From Raphidiopsis brookii D9 (GTDB lineage Bacteria > Cyanobacteriota > Cyanobacteriia > Cyanobacteriales > Nostocaceae): a stretch of 32,000 bases of DNA. Location: the NCBI GenBank assembly GCA_000175855.1, contig ACYB01000047.1:67800-99799 (forward strand), given 5' to 3'. The position numbers and the translations under genes are program-made. Shown in pieces: positions 1 to 9,393 of the stretch (the stretch's first letter is position 1; the number at the start of each line of letters is the position of its first letter). The notes beneath the pieces are model-generated. The model searched no databases. It was not told where the DNA came from and saw only the letters and a program-made list of their open reading frames with translations.

Positions 1-1
1 A

Positions 2-355
2 GATTTTTGTGGAGTATTTAGAACTGCAGAACTAATGAAGGAAGGATTAGAAAGAATTGAAGAAATTGAAGCTAAGTCTTATCAGATACACTTAGATGAC
101 AAGGGCAAGTGTTGGAATACGGAATTAGTAGAGGCTATGGAGTTAAAGAGCTTAATGGTAGTCGGTAAAACCATATTAGCATCAGCATTTAGTCGTCAAG
201 AAAGTAGAGGTGCCCATTTTAGAGAAGATTTTCCCAGTCGAGATGATCACCAGTTTTTAAACCATAGTATGGCTTACTACTCACCTCTACAAATTAGAAT
301 AGAGTATATGCCAGTAGTAGTAAATATGTTTGAGCCCCAGGAGAGGAAATATTAA
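2..355 (+). CDS. sdhA: Succinate dehydrogenase/fumarate reductase flavoprotein subunit, C-terminal part (5' end outside window)
   Basis: The frame is open back to base 2 (DFCGVFRTAELMKEGL...). NxGVFRT and the NHSMAYYSPLQIRIEY...PPQERKY-type C-terminus resemble SdhA/FrdA. Confidence 0.8.
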   Translation, partial: DFCGVFRTAELMKEGLERIEEIEAKSYQIHLDDKGKCWNTELVEAMELKSLMVVGKTILASAFSRQESRGAHFREDFPSRDDHQFLNHSMAYYSPLQIRIEYMPVVVNMFEPQERKY

Positions 356-369
356 TATAATGTGAGAAG

Positions 370-1875
370 ATGAGAGTAAAACAAACTATGCTGATCCAAG
401 ATAAAAAAGAAATAGATTGGAAACCAATTATTAAAGAATTCATAGCCGTGCTAGGTGAAAAAGGTGTAGTTCAACGGAAAGAAGAACTAATAACCTACGA
501 GTGTGACGGCCTAACCAGTTATCGTCAAAGACCAGCAGTGGCAGTTTTACCCCGTACCACTGAACAGGTAGCAGCAGTAGTAAAGATTTGTAACCGGTAT
601 TCCATACCCTTTATTGCCAGAGGTTCGGGTACAGGGTTGTCTGGTGGGGCTTTGCCATTAGAGAATTCAGTATTAATTGTTACTTCTTTAATGCGGCAAA
701 TTCTCAACATAGATTTAGAGAACCAACGTGTTATTGTCCAACCTGGAATTATCAACAGTTGGGTAACTCAGGCGGTTAGTGGTGCCGGTTTTTACTTTGC
801 TCCGGACCCTTCAAGTCAAATTATCTGCTCTATTGGTGGTAATATTGCGGAAAATTCCGGAGGTGTACACTGTTTAAAATACGGTGTGACTACTAACCAT
901 GTGTTGGGTCTAAAAATAGTTCTTCCTGATGGGTCAATCACTGATCTTGGGGGACAGATTCCAGAAATGCCAGGTTACGATTTAACGGGAGTGTTTGTCG
1001 GTTCAGAGGGAACCTTAGGCATTGCTACGGAAATTACCCTGAAAATCCTCAAAACTGCCGAATCAATTTGTGTATTACTAGCGGATTTCACCAGCGTAGA
1101 AGCTGCTGCAGCTAGTGTGTCTGATATAGTCAGTGCGGGGATAATTCCCGGTGGCATGGAAATGATGGATAACATTAGTATTAATGCTGTAGAAGATGTG
1201 GTGGCTACTAATTGCTACCCCCGTGATGCAGCGGCAATTTTATTAGTGGAGGTGGATGGACTAACAGTAGAAGTTAATGCTAATAAACAAAAGGTGACAG
1301 ATATTTGTTTAAAGAATGGAGCGCGTAACATCACAGCTGCATCTGACCCGGAAACGAGATTGAAATTGTGGAAAGGTAGAAAAGCTGCTTTTGCTGCAGC
1401 AGGTCATGTCAGCCCAGATTATTACGTTCAAGACGGGGTTATCCCTCGCACCCAACTACCTTATGTTCTCACAGAAATTGAGGCTTTAAGCCAAAAATAT
1501 GGTTATAGAATAGCCAATGTTTTTCATGCAGGAGATGGTAATTTACATCCTCTGATTTTATTTGATAATTCCATACCAGGAGAATTAGAAAAGGTGGAAG
1601 AAGTGGGAGGAGAAATTCTCAAGTTATGTGTGAAAGTTGGTGGTAGCATTTCTGGAGAACACGGTATAGGAGCTGACAAGAAGTGTTATATGCCAGATAT
1701 GTTTAGTGATACGGATTTAGAAACTATGCAATGGGTAAGGGAGGTTTTTAACCCTCAGAGCCTAGCTAATCCAGGGAAAATTTTCCCCACACCGCGTACC
1801 TGTGGAGAAGGTGCAAAAGCATCTTCAAATGCACAATTTTCTTCACCACTTTCACCTCATATAGAAAGGTTTTAA
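370..1875 (+). CDS. glcD: FAD-linked glycolate oxidase subunit GlcD family
   Basis: 501 aa; PRTTEQVAAVVKICNRYSIPFIARGSGTGLSGGALP FAD-binding region, GCLKYGVTTNHVLGLKIVLPDG, and C-terminal VGGSISGEHGIGADKK. Confidence 0.93.
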   Translation: MRVKQTMLIQDKKEIDWKPIIKEFIAVLGEKGVVQRKEELITYECDGLTSYRQRPAVAVLPRTTEQVAAVVKICNRYSIPFIARGSGTGLSGGALPLENSVLIVTSLMRQILNIDLENQRVIVQPGIINSWVTQAVSGAGFYFAPDPSSQIICSIGGNIAENSGGVHCLKYGVTTNHVLGLKIVLPDGSITDLGGQIPEMPGYDLTGVFVGSEGTLGIATEITLKILKTAESICVLLADFTSVEAAAASVSDIVSAGIIPGGMEMMDNISINAVEDVVATNCYPRDAAAILLVEVDGLTVEVNANKQKVTDICLKNGARNITAASDPETRLKLWKGRKAAFAAAGHVSPDYYVQDGVIPRTQLPYVLTEIEALSQKYGYRIANVFHAGDGNLHPLILFDNSIPGELEKVEEVGGEILKLCVKVGGSISGEHGIGADKKCYMPDMFSDTDLETMQWVREVFNPQSLANPGKIFPTPRTCGEGAKASSNAQFSSPLSPHIERF

Positions 1876-1877
1876 AC

Positions 1878-2069
1878 ATGATTAAACTGGATCAGTTTTT
1901 AAAATTTCTAGGCATTGTCTCCACCGGTGGTCAAGCCAAAATCATGATTGTTAATGGTGAGGTGAAAGTTAATGATATGATTGAAACTCGACGGGGGAGA
2001 AAATTACTAGTTGATGATATAGTAACTGTGACTGGGAAGACTTTTAAGGTAGGAGATATTATTTCCTAA
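1878..2069 (+). CDS. Small S4-domain RNA-binding protein (YbcJ-like)
   Basis: 63 aa; IKLDQFLKFLGIVSTGGQAKIMIVNGEVKVNDMIETRRGRKLLVDDIV matches the small S4 domain pattern; starts 3 bp after the glcD stop. Confidence 0.85.
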   Translation: MIKLDQFLKFLGIVSTGGQAKIMIVNGEVKVNDMIETRRGRKLLVDDIVTVTGKTFKVGDIIS

Positions 2070-2091
2070 CTGTTTTCCCAGAACACAATCA

Positions 2092-2394
2092 GTGATGATG
2101 CTGCAATTACTTATAACCGTAGATCCATCAAATATGAGATTAATCAAAAAATCTGAAAAGTTGCTTCTGGAACAGCTCAAGAACACGGAGGTGCAGGAAG
2201 AAAGTTCTGAACCTGATATTATAGATAATTTGGAACACCTACTTCCAGAAGCAGTCCTAATTGAAACCGATAGTTCTTACATCAATTACATTCCCCTGCG
2301 AGATAATCCCATAGTTTATTCTGTTGGTAATACGGGTTGGCAGGTTTCCGAAATTTGGAAAGAAATCAGATTGGATGATTTCTATCACAGTTAA
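2092..2394 (+). CDS. Conserved hypothetical protein, cyanobacterial type
   Basis: 100 aa ORF (GTG or ATG start at 2092/2095); soluble, acidic; no recognised domain. Confidence 0.6.
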   Translation: MMMLQLLITVDPSNMRLIKKSEKLLLEQLKNTEVQEESSEPDIIDNLEHLLPEAVLIETDSSYINYIPLRDNPIVYSVGNTGWQVSEIWKEIRLDDFYHS

Positions 2395-2410
2395 GAAAAA
2401 CGGAGCAAGA

Positions 2411-2767
2411 ATGGCGATCGCCGTTATATCAACAGTTTTAGGATGGGTGTTAATTAAAGTCATAGGTATTGGTACAATAGACTGGTTTGTCTTGTCTGTA
2501 CACAATTTATATAATCGTATTCTAATTAGTATGATTGATTCTGGTAACAGTCCTGTTTAGCCATTTCCCCAAAAATGTCCGTGGGTATTTGTGAATGCTA
2601 TTAACTGTATACTAGACTTTACTATTGGATATCTAATTGGTATCTTAACTTGTAAAAGCTCATTTTTAAGTGAAGTGTTTGGTTTTAGCATTGGATGGTT
2701 AATAGTGGGAATTTTAACTAGTATTAGTGCGAACAGGTTTTTAAAAATAGATCAGGCCGAGTACTAG
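2411..2767 (+). pseudogene. Small membrane protein gene, possibly interrupted by an in-frame TAG at 2558-2560
   Basis: RBS-like GGAGCAAG before ATG 2411. It encodes MAIAVISTVLGWVLIKVIGIG...SGNSPV*, and the same frame continues after TAG as PFPQKCPWVFVNAINCILDFTIGYLIGILTCKSSFLSEVFGFSIGWLIVGILTSISANRFLKIDQAEY* (hydrophobic, membrane-like). Confidence 0.45.
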
Positions 2768-2886
2768 TAAATCGTCAATCTTTTCCTTCTTGACTCCAAT
2801 TTTTGATTAATAATCCGGGGATCTCTTGCATAATTCTTCACAATTTGTTACAAAAATATAAAGAACTTCTAGAGACCCAGAATCTA

Positions 2887-3684
2887 ATGTTAAGCGGACT
2901 TGCTGGTTTAACAGATCCCAAAGGTAGCGACTGGGGAGAGCGAATGCTCAATACAGTTGCCAGTCAAACGATTCGCCACTTATTTACCCAGAGCGAGTCA
3001 GTAGAAGTCCTTGTGCGTTGCTATCCTTCCAGCAAACTTTTGCAGGGGAGTATTGATAGTTTTAAGATGACTGGACAGAGCCTAGTTATTCGTAGAGACT
3101 TCGCTATAGAGGAAATGTGTTTCGAAACCGATGCTGTGTCTATTGACTTTAGCTCGGTTTTAAGTGGCAAACTTAAACTAAAACAACCAACACAAGCTGT
3201 GGCACAGGTAGTATTATCACAGACTGGTATCAATCATGCTTTCAAGGCTGAATTGGTGAAAAAGCGTTTAATAAACCTTTCTGAACCAGCTTTAATGGCA
3301 ATATCTAATGGTGAACCAGTTTCCTTTCCCGAAATTAAAATACAGTTATTACCTGAAAATCGCTTACATCTTATAGCTAAAGCTGACATTAACAATGGCG
3401 AACTTGTACCATTAAGTATGACAATTAGTATCAGTATTGAAAAACGAAGACGGGTTTCTTTCAAAGATGCCAGATTCCAATTAGATGAAGTACCGGATCA
3501 ACAGCGAGACATTTCTCAAAGATTAGGCGCAGCTCTGGTCACAATTTTAGACGGGATGGTAGACCTAGACCGTTTTGATTTAGATGGGGTAAAAATGCGG
3601 TTAAATCGTTTAGAAACCCAAGGTGAAAAGTTAATTTTTAGTGGATATGCTGAAATAGACCACATTCCCCAAAGTGGATACTAA
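2887..3684 (+). CDS. DUF2993 (LmeA-like) domain protein
   Basis: Track ORF 2803..3684 begins at TTG; the first ATG is at 2887. ERMLNTVASQTIRHLFTQSESVEVLVRCYPSSKLLQGSIDSFKMTGQSLVI resembles cyanobacterial DUF2993 proteins. Confidence 0.75.
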   Translation: MLSGLAGLTDPKGSDWGERMLNTVASQTIRHLFTQSESVEVLVRCYPSSKLLQGSIDSFKMTGQSLVIRRDFAIEEMCFETDAVSIDFSSVLSGKLKLKQPTQAVAQVVLSQTGINHAFKAELVKKRLINLSEPALMAISNGEPVSFPEIKIQLLPENRLHLIAKADINNGELVPLSMTISISIEKRRRVSFKDARFQLDEVPDQQRDISQRLGAALVTILDGMVDLDRFDLDGVKMRLNRLETQGEKLIFSGYAEIDHIPQSGY

Positions 3685-3688
3685 AAGA

Positions 3689-3713
3689 ATAACCGACCAT
3701 AGTGGTCGGTTAT
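3689..3713 (-). terminator. Rho-independent-like terminator downstream of tRNA-Arg (possibly bidirectional with the DUF2993 gene end)
   Basis: Perfect 11-bp inverted repeat ATAACCGACCA-tag-TGGTCGGTTAT; on the minus strand it is followed by TCTTTTAG. Confidence 0.6.
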
Positions 3714-3752
3714 CCTAGAAGTGGGAATGGTTGGCATTAGGCATACCCAAAA

Positions 3753-3826
3753 CGGGCGAGGAGGGATTCGAACCCCCGACACCGTGGTCCGTAGCCACGT
3801 GCTCTAGTCCACTGAGCTACACGCCC
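3753..3826 (-). tRNA. tRNA-Arg (anticodon ACG)
   Basis: Reverse complement GGGCGTGTAGCTCAGTGGACTAGAGCACGTGGCTACGGACCACGGTGTCGGGGGTTCGAATCCCTCCTCGCCCG folds as a cloverleaf. Anticodon stem is CGTGG/CCACG with loop CTACGGA, and GGTTCGAATCC is the T arm. There is one acceptor mismatch (6-67). Confidence 0.95.
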
Positions 3827-3839
3827 TTAATCAATGAAT

Positions 3840-3868
3840 ATTATAGTAGCATACCCTTTGGAAATTAT
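3840..3868 (-). promoter_or_regulatory. Putative sigma70-type promoter for the tRNA-Arg
   Basis: On the minus strand TTCCAA-17 nt-TATAAT lies about 13 nt upstream of the tRNA 5' end (TATAAT at 3845..3840). Confidence 0.4.
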
Positions 3869-4361
3869 GCAAGAGTTTTTACCAAAATCTTCTGATCTTT
3901 CTCACCTCACCACCCAAGGAGAGGTGCAAATGGTTGATATATCAGGAAAAATCCCCACGATTAGGGAAGCGATCGCAATGGCCAGGGTGCGGATGTTACC
4001 AGAAACTCTGGCTGTGATTGAAGCGGGAAATGCATCGAAAGGAGATGTGTTAGCTACCGCTAGGATAGCTGGCATTATGGCTGCTAAACAGACCCCAAAT
4101 TTAATTCCTCTTTGTCATCCTTTACCTTTGCAAAAGGTCACAGTGGAGATTAGACCGGATGAGCAACTACCTGGGTATGAAATTTATGCCACAGTTAAAA
4201 CCAAGTCAGAAACTGGTGTAGAGATGGAAGCTCTCATGGCTGTTTCTGTAGCTGCTTTGACTTTATATGACATGGCTAAAGCTTTAGAAAAGTCTATTCA
4301 AATCCAATCTATAGGTTTAGTGAGTAAAACGGGTGGTAAATCAGGTTCTTGGCAAAGTTGA
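3867..4361 (+). CDS. moaC: Cyclic pyranopterin monophosphate synthase MoaC
   Basis: Track ORF 3834..4361; the likely start is the ATG at 3867 ([28 protein letters not shown]). Signatures: [39 protein letters not shown]. Confidence 0.95.
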   Translation: MQEFLPKSSDLSHLTTQGEVQMVDISGKIPTIREAIAMARVRMLPETLAVIEAGNASKGDVLATARIAGIMAAKQTPNLIPLCHPLPLQKVTVEIRPDEQLPGYEIYATVKTKSETGVEMEALMAVSVAALTLYDMAKALEKSIQIQSIGLVSKTGGKSGSWQS

Positions 4362-4474
4362 TCCTCTAATTTTTAATAAATGATATTGAATTAGCATATT
4401 GAATTTTCTTGCTTGTTATATACTGGAGAGAAAACAGCCAAATTAATATCAAATAGAGTAGATACAAAGTAATT

Positions 4475-4801
4475 ATGAGTAAGCAAGTACAAACTCTCAC
4501 CCTTACCAAAAATTTAAATTCTGAAAGTGCATTAGAATTTCAGAGAAATATTGCCAAAATTGTAGAGAGTAAAACCGAAGTGGTTTTAATTGATTGTCAA
4601 CATGTTACCTTTCTAGACAGTCGCGGTTTAGGATATCTAGTTTTGGCCTTTAAAAATTTACAAAAAGCGGGCATTAAAATGGTACTCTGTTCCCTGAGTG
4701 AACAAGTAAGAATGATATTTGAATTAACCAGTATTGATGAGATATTTGAAATATTTGCTACCCAGGATGACTTTCATCAAGAATTGGTGAATAAGACCTA
4801 A
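4475..4801 (+). CDS. STAS-domain anti-sigma factor antagonist (SpoIIAA/RsbV-like)
   Basis: 108 aa; VVLIDCQHVTFLDSRGLGYLVLAFKNLQKAGIKMVLCSLSEQVRMIFELTSIDEIFEIF, with the usual phospho-acceptor Ser region (DSRGL). Confidence 0.88.
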   Translation: MSKQVQTLTLTKNLNSESALEFQRNIAKIVESKTEVVLIDCQHVTFLDSRGLGYLVLAFKNLQKAGIKMVLCSLSEQVRMIFELTSIDEIFEIFATQDDFHQELVNKT

Positions 4802-5931
4802 TCAAATTTAATCTGGATGATGGCTAAGTCATCATCAAAAGCTTCTTTGGAGTTTAAATTAACCAAATATTTTATTACATATTCAAGTTGGGAGTTAGGT
4901 AGATTATGTGACCTAACTAATAATTGAACAAACTGCTCTAAACTCCAAAGAATTCCATCAAAATTAGTAATTTCATAAGCTCCATCACTGAAAATATAAA
5001 GACTACTTAATTCTCCAATTTGACAAATTTTATCCACATATTTACCTTGGCAAAACATACCAATGGGCATACCCGGAGTTTTTAGAAGGGTTATATGAAC
5101 ATTGGGAGATTTTGGTGACAGTAAAACTGCTGGTGGATGTCCTGCACTAGCATAGGTTAATTGTCGATTTATATGGTTATATACGCCATACCAAATTGTG
5201 AAGTACTTCTCGGTTTTATCATCAGTTTGAAAAGCATCATTTAAGGCTGATAATACCTGACTAGGTTGATAATAATTTACTCCTTTGAGTGCGCGAGAAC
5301 GAAGTAAATTTAACACGGAAATTGCCGGGAGAGTGGCCCTAAGTCCATGACCAACAGCATCCAATAGATAAATTGCCAGGTGATCATCATCTAACCAATA
5401 ATAATCAAAACAATCTCCTCCTAATTTTCGAGAAGGTAAGAACGTATAATCAATATTCACTGGTTGATTAATAGGTAGTGGTAAAAGTGACTTAACATAG
5501 TCCGTAGCTTCTGACAGCTCTGTTTCTAACAATAGCTTTTGGATCTGTAAATCTCGATTTAACTGATGTAGACGTAGTCCAGCTCTAACCCTAGCTTGTA
5601 GTTCATTTTGTTCAATGGGTTTGGAGATAAAATCATCTGCTCCCGAGTCTAGTCCCTTAACCCGATCTGATACTGAATCTAAGGATGTTAATAAAATAAA
5701 AAATGTACTCGATAAATTTGGGTGATTTTTAATAAAATTGCAGACCTCTAAACCACTTAATTCAGGCATCATCCAATCACAAATAATCAGAGCGGGAGGA
5801 GAAGCAACAGCTTGTAAAATTCCCTCTCTCCCGTTACTGGTTGTGATAACTTGATAATGCTGTTTTTCTAAGATCCTTTTCAGAAGGATTTGGATTGAAG
5901 AATCATCATCAATTACTAAAATTTGGAACAT
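4798..5931 (-). CDS. Response regulator with C-terminal SpoIIE/RsbU-type PP2C phosphatase domain
   Basis: N-terminal receiver (DDDSSIQILLKR...ALIICDWMMPELSG...LTSLDSVSDRVKGLDSGADDFISKP) and phosphatase motifs LGGDCFDYYWL, DAVGHG, FSDGAYE. Overlaps the 3' end of the STAS gene by 4 bp (convergent). Confidence 0.9.
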   Translation of the reverse strand: MFQILVIDDDSSIQILLKRILEKQHYQVITTSNGREGILQAVASPPALIICDWMMPELSGLEVCNFIKNHPNLSSTFFILLTSLDSVSDRVKGLDSGADDFISKPIEQNELQARVRAGLRLHQLNRDLQIQKLLLETELSEATDYVKSLLPLPINQPVNIDYTFLPSRKLGGDCFDYYWLDDDHLAIYLLDAVGHGLRATLPAISVLNLLRSRALKGVNYYQPSQVLSALNDAFQTDDKTEKYFTIWYGVYNHINRQLTYASAGHPPAVLLSPKSPNVHITLLKTPGMPIGMFCQGKYVDKICQIGELSSLYIFSDGAYEITNFDGILWSLEQFVQLLVRSHNLPNSQLEYVIKYLVNLNSKEAFDDDLAIIQIKFD

Positions 5932-6040
5932 AAAGTGAACATAAGGTTTAGAAGATTTACATCATCAGTATTCTATTTACATTATGTCCATAAATTAGGA
6001 ATGTAGAATGAAAAGCTGATAAAAACTTGAGCTATTTATG

Positions 6041-6825
6041 TTAATCCGATAAAGACTCCAGAGGGTTAAGCCAGAATAGCATTACTTTTTGTAGCTGATG
6101 TAAATCTCTATAAACTTCTTGTTTAAACCATTGGGCTATAGCATCTAGGGGAGTAAAGGAATTTCCTGATTGCCATTTAATGTCTTGACCTAAAGGAGTT
6201 GTATGGTTTCCGGAGAGAGTTTTACGGTAACCATTTGGGAAAAACGGTTTTTTAAAATTTTCGTTAACTCTACTGATTGATCTAAATTGTCATTGTGGAA
6301 TTTGATTAATAGGTTGCGTCGAATCTGATAGGATTCTTTGATAATTTGATTAGTTTCTGTGGGTGTGGGACTAAATTCAATCATTAAATCACTCATGAAG
6401 GTAGAATTTAGTTGCTCCACTAGAGGAATAGCATCTTTAGCAGTGTAGTTGTTAAAGGAAATCAGAATGTTACCCGCTCGCTCTACTGGAAAAAGACTGC
6501 CAATCAGTAATTGCAGCTTACAACCCATACTGTGCCCAACTCCATAAATTGGTAAGTATAATTTATGTAATTCCCCATAATAATGTAGACGTTCTAATGT
6601 CCTTTCAAATTTCAGTAGAACTGATTGGGCGATCGCCTGGTGATCTAGTCCATTGACAAATGGTGTAGCAATTATGACGTAACCTTTGTTAGCAAACTGC
6701 TCTAATAACCAACGGTAGGTCAAATGGGGTGCACTAGCAACAAATGCACCTCCCAAAAAATGAATGATTCCAACAGGGTGACGGGGAACAATTACCCAAT
6801 TACCTCTTATTTCCTTCCATTCCAT
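6041..6825 (-). pseudogene. DUF1350 family protein (alpha/beta-hydrolase-like), frameshifted near 6220-6223
   Basis: ORF 6190..6825 encodes WKEIRGNWVIVPRHPVGIIHFLGGAFVA...YGVGHSMGCKLQLLIGS. The C-terminal part TLSGNHTTPLGQDIKWQSGNSFTPLDAIAQWFKQEVYRDLHQLQKVMLFWLNPLESLSD* continues in another frame down to 6041. Confidence 0.8.
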
Positions 6826-7099
6826 ATAAATAATCTTCTATTGCTTAACATCCATAGCGATTTGTAATGCTTCATTTAGCAATCGGTCGTGTTCTGGGTA
6901 AGTTAGTTAGGTCTCGCAATTCTTTATGTGTAATTCGCAGACTCTTCAAATCGTCACGCACAAACCCTCCAACTCTACCAATTTAGGACTGATCAAATTA
7001 TTAATAACTCTTGTAGATTTGTCAATAAAACTGTGAACTGTGGTACATTAATTGTTGAGTTTTCAGTACCTAAACAGCAAAAACACTAACCGCAGGACC

Positions 7100-7417
7100 A
7101 TGATAATCATAGTCATAGTTTTCCTGACTAATATCGTGATTTCACTGATGCTAGTATACCTAGCTTGGCAAATGTGGCAACTTAAACACAAGTTAACCAT
7201 AATAGCCAATACTCTAGAAAGTAAGGAATCAGCTAGTTATGGGGTTCTAGCCAGAATAGGGGATAATATTAATGTAGAACGAGAACAAATTTATTATTGG
7301 AGACAAAAGCAGCAAATGCTAAAACAGCAACTTCAACAAGCTTGGCAAACCTTTCAACTGTTGAAACTTCTTACCACATCCGGTTGGAGATTATTAGCTC
7401 AGAAAGTGCAAAAATAG
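7100..7417 (+). CDS. Small membrane-anchored hypothetical protein
   Basis: Track ORF 7052..7417; ATG at 7100 (MIIIVIVFLTNIVISLMLVYLAWQMWQL...), one N-terminal TM segment then a coiled/basic region. Confidence 0.6.
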   Translation: MIIIVIVFLTNIVISLMLVYLAWQMWQLKHKLTIIANTLESKESASYGVLARIGDNINVEREQIYYWRQKQQMLKQQLQQAWQTFQLLKLLTTSGWRLLAQKVQK

Positions 7418-7514
7418 CCCATTCAACCGTAAAAGAATTATACTGTTCCTATCCCTAGCTCAAGACTGGGAGTTTTTCGCAAGTTTCTGTTATAAAGAAT
7501 TAAAATGTCTTAAA

Positions 7515-7874
7515 ATGTCTAATAATCGTTCCGGAATATTTATTGGTGGTGTAATGCTGGGAGCTACAATTGGAGCTTTAGCAGGCTTGCTTGTTGCACC
7601 CCGTACGGGCAAAGAAACCCGTAAGCTCTTAAAAAAATCTGCGGATGCTTTACCAGAATTGGCAGAGGATATATCCACCAGTGTGCAAATCCAAACAGAT
7701 AAACTCTCCGCTAGTGTGGTTAGAAACTGGGATGACACCTTAGATAGGTTGCGAGATGCGATCGCATCGGGAGTGGAAGCTACACAAAGGGAAAGAGAGT
7801 CATTAAAGAGAGTAAAATCTCATAACGCTGATGAAAATCCAGATCATCTCAACCAAAATCCAGAAAGTCTATAA
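7515..7874 (+). CDS. YtxH domain-containing protein
   Basis: GIFIGGVMLGATIGALAGLLVAPRTGKETRKLLKKSADALPELAEDI is the YtxH signature. Confidence 0.85.
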   Translation: MSNNRSGIFIGGVMLGATIGALAGLLVAPRTGKETRKLLKKSADALPELAEDISTSVQIQTDKLSASVVRNWDDTLDRLRDAIASGVEATQRERESLKRVKSHNADENPDHLNQNPESL

Positions 7875-7888
7875 ATTCTAGTGTCACC

Positions 7889-8296
7889 GTGATTGATCCT
7901 CTATTTTGGCTGGGACTATCTTTACTATTAGTAGCTACTAGTCTGAGTGTGGTATTAGTAGTAGCAATACCCGCTGTGCAAGAATTAGCACGAGCTTCGC
8001 GTAGTGCTGAAAAGTTCTTTGATACTCTTTCTCGGGAGCTACCCCCTACCCTAAAAGCTATCCGTAATACGAGTTTAGACATCACGGATTTAACTGAAGA
8101 TTTCAGTGATGGAATTAAAAGTGCGGGTCAAGTAGTTAGACAAGTAGATCAAGGTTTAAATACTGCTAAAAAACAGGCTGATAATGTGCAAATTGGCACT
8201 CGCAGTCTCTGGGTTGGTGTGAGAACTGCCTGGAAAACCTTTACCACTCAAGGATCTAATAAACGTAGCCTACAGGAAACCCGCACTAAATTATGA
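7889..8296 (+). CDS. DUF948-like membrane protein
   Basis: 135 aa, 14 bp after the YtxH gene; an N-terminal TM followed by LARASRSAEKFFDTLSRELPPTLKAIRNTSLDITDLTEDFSDGIKSAGQVVRQVDQGL. Confidence 0.65.
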   Translation: MIDPLFWLGLSLLLVATSLSVVLVVAIPAVQELARASRSAEKFFDTLSRELPPTLKAIRNTSLDITDLTEDFSDGIKSAGQVVRQVDQGLNTAKKQADNVQIGTRSLWVGVRTAWKTFTTQGSNKRSLQETRTKL

Positions 8297-8471
8297 CTCA
8301 TGACTGTACGTATCTACCCTATAAGTGGCAATTTTTAGGAATATTGGTTTTTGATGGTTTAGGGTGATCAGATTAGGGTAAAGTAAACAATTGTAAAGAA
8401 ATATCACTTTTCTCGTAATCTACAAATAGCACTTGTTTACCCTCACCTTTAATATTCGTATAGAAAATTCC

Positions 8472-9281
8472 ATGCAGCGTTCTTTTTGCCAAAAAATTCT
8501 AGTATCCATTGCAGTCTTTGTCTTTGGTGCATCCATTTGGGTGATGAACTCACCATTAGCTCTAGCATACGAAAATCCCGATTTGCTACCTGATACCTTT
8601 ACCCCAGTAGTTGACCTGGCGAAAACTTTACCCGATCCACAGGAAGAAAAGTTAGTAAAGGAATTAGAGCAGTTTGAGGTGGATACTGGCTGGAAGTTAC
8701 GGGTATTGACTCAATATGACCGAACTCCAGGGAGAGCAGTAATTAAATACTGGGGACTAGATGATAAAAGTATTCTCCTAGTTGCAGATGCACGTGGTGG
8801 TAACATTCTGAGTTTTAGTGTGGGAGATGCAGTTTATGAGCTCTTACCGCGTACATTTTGGATTGAATTACAAACTCGTTTTGGCAACCTCTATTTTGTG
8901 AGGGAGAATGGTGAAGATCAGGCTATTTTACAAGCACTAAATTCGGTTAAAGGTTGTTTAGCTCAGGGGGGTTGTAATGTGGTTCCCGGATTACCCAAAG
9001 AGCAATGGATACTTACGCTCATTACCTCAGCCATTGGCGGGATAATTTGCGGATTTGCAGCCCAACCTCGCAATGATAAACAAGTGTTTGCTTGGCAATG
9101 GGCGTTAATTTTTTCACCCTTGTGGGGAATTTTGTTTATTGCTTTTGGTATCGCTCCTGTGATTACCCGTACCAGTGATTGGGTTCCCTTGGTCCGCAAT
9201 ATTTCTGCCTTTTTGATAGGTCTGCTGGTGGCTTATCTTTCCCCCGTTTTTAGCCGTCCTGTTTCTAGGAATGAGTCTTAA
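8472..9281 (+). CDS. psb32: TPM-domain protein, Psb32/TLP18.3-like photosystem II repair factor
   Basis: Track ORF 8433..9281; likely ATG at 8472 with a signal peptide (MQRSFCQKILVSIAVFVFGASIWVMNSPLALA). TPM-type VDLAKTLPDPQEEKLVKELEQFEVDTGWKLRVLTQYDRTPGRAVIKYWGLDDKSILLVAD, plus C-terminal TMs. Confidence 0.75.
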   Translation: MQRSFCQKILVSIAVFVFGASIWVMNSPLALAYENPDLLPDTFTPVVDLAKTLPDPQEEKLVKELEQFEVDTGWKLRVLTQYDRTPGRAVIKYWGLDDKSILLVADARGGNILSFSVGDAVYELLPRTFWIELQTRFGNLYFVRENGEDQAILQALNSVKGCLAQGGCNVVPGLPKEQWILTLITSAIGGIICGFAAQPRNDKQVFAWQWALIFSPLWGILFIAFGIAPVITRTSDWVPLVRNISAFLIGLLVAYLSPVFSRPVSRNES

Positions 9282-9393
9282 ATTTGGGAATGGTGAAGTT
9301 GTTCATTTTTTCCTCACCCTGAATTTTGCCATAATTCAGTGTTTGTATTAATGATTGAATTTCACCATGCCGCCTGTTTTTAAAAACTATAGT

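Noticed and set aside
525-1175. Minus-strand ORFs inside glcD (525..755, 975..1175)
   Set aside because: Fully inside a well-supported CDS on the other strand; no domain character.
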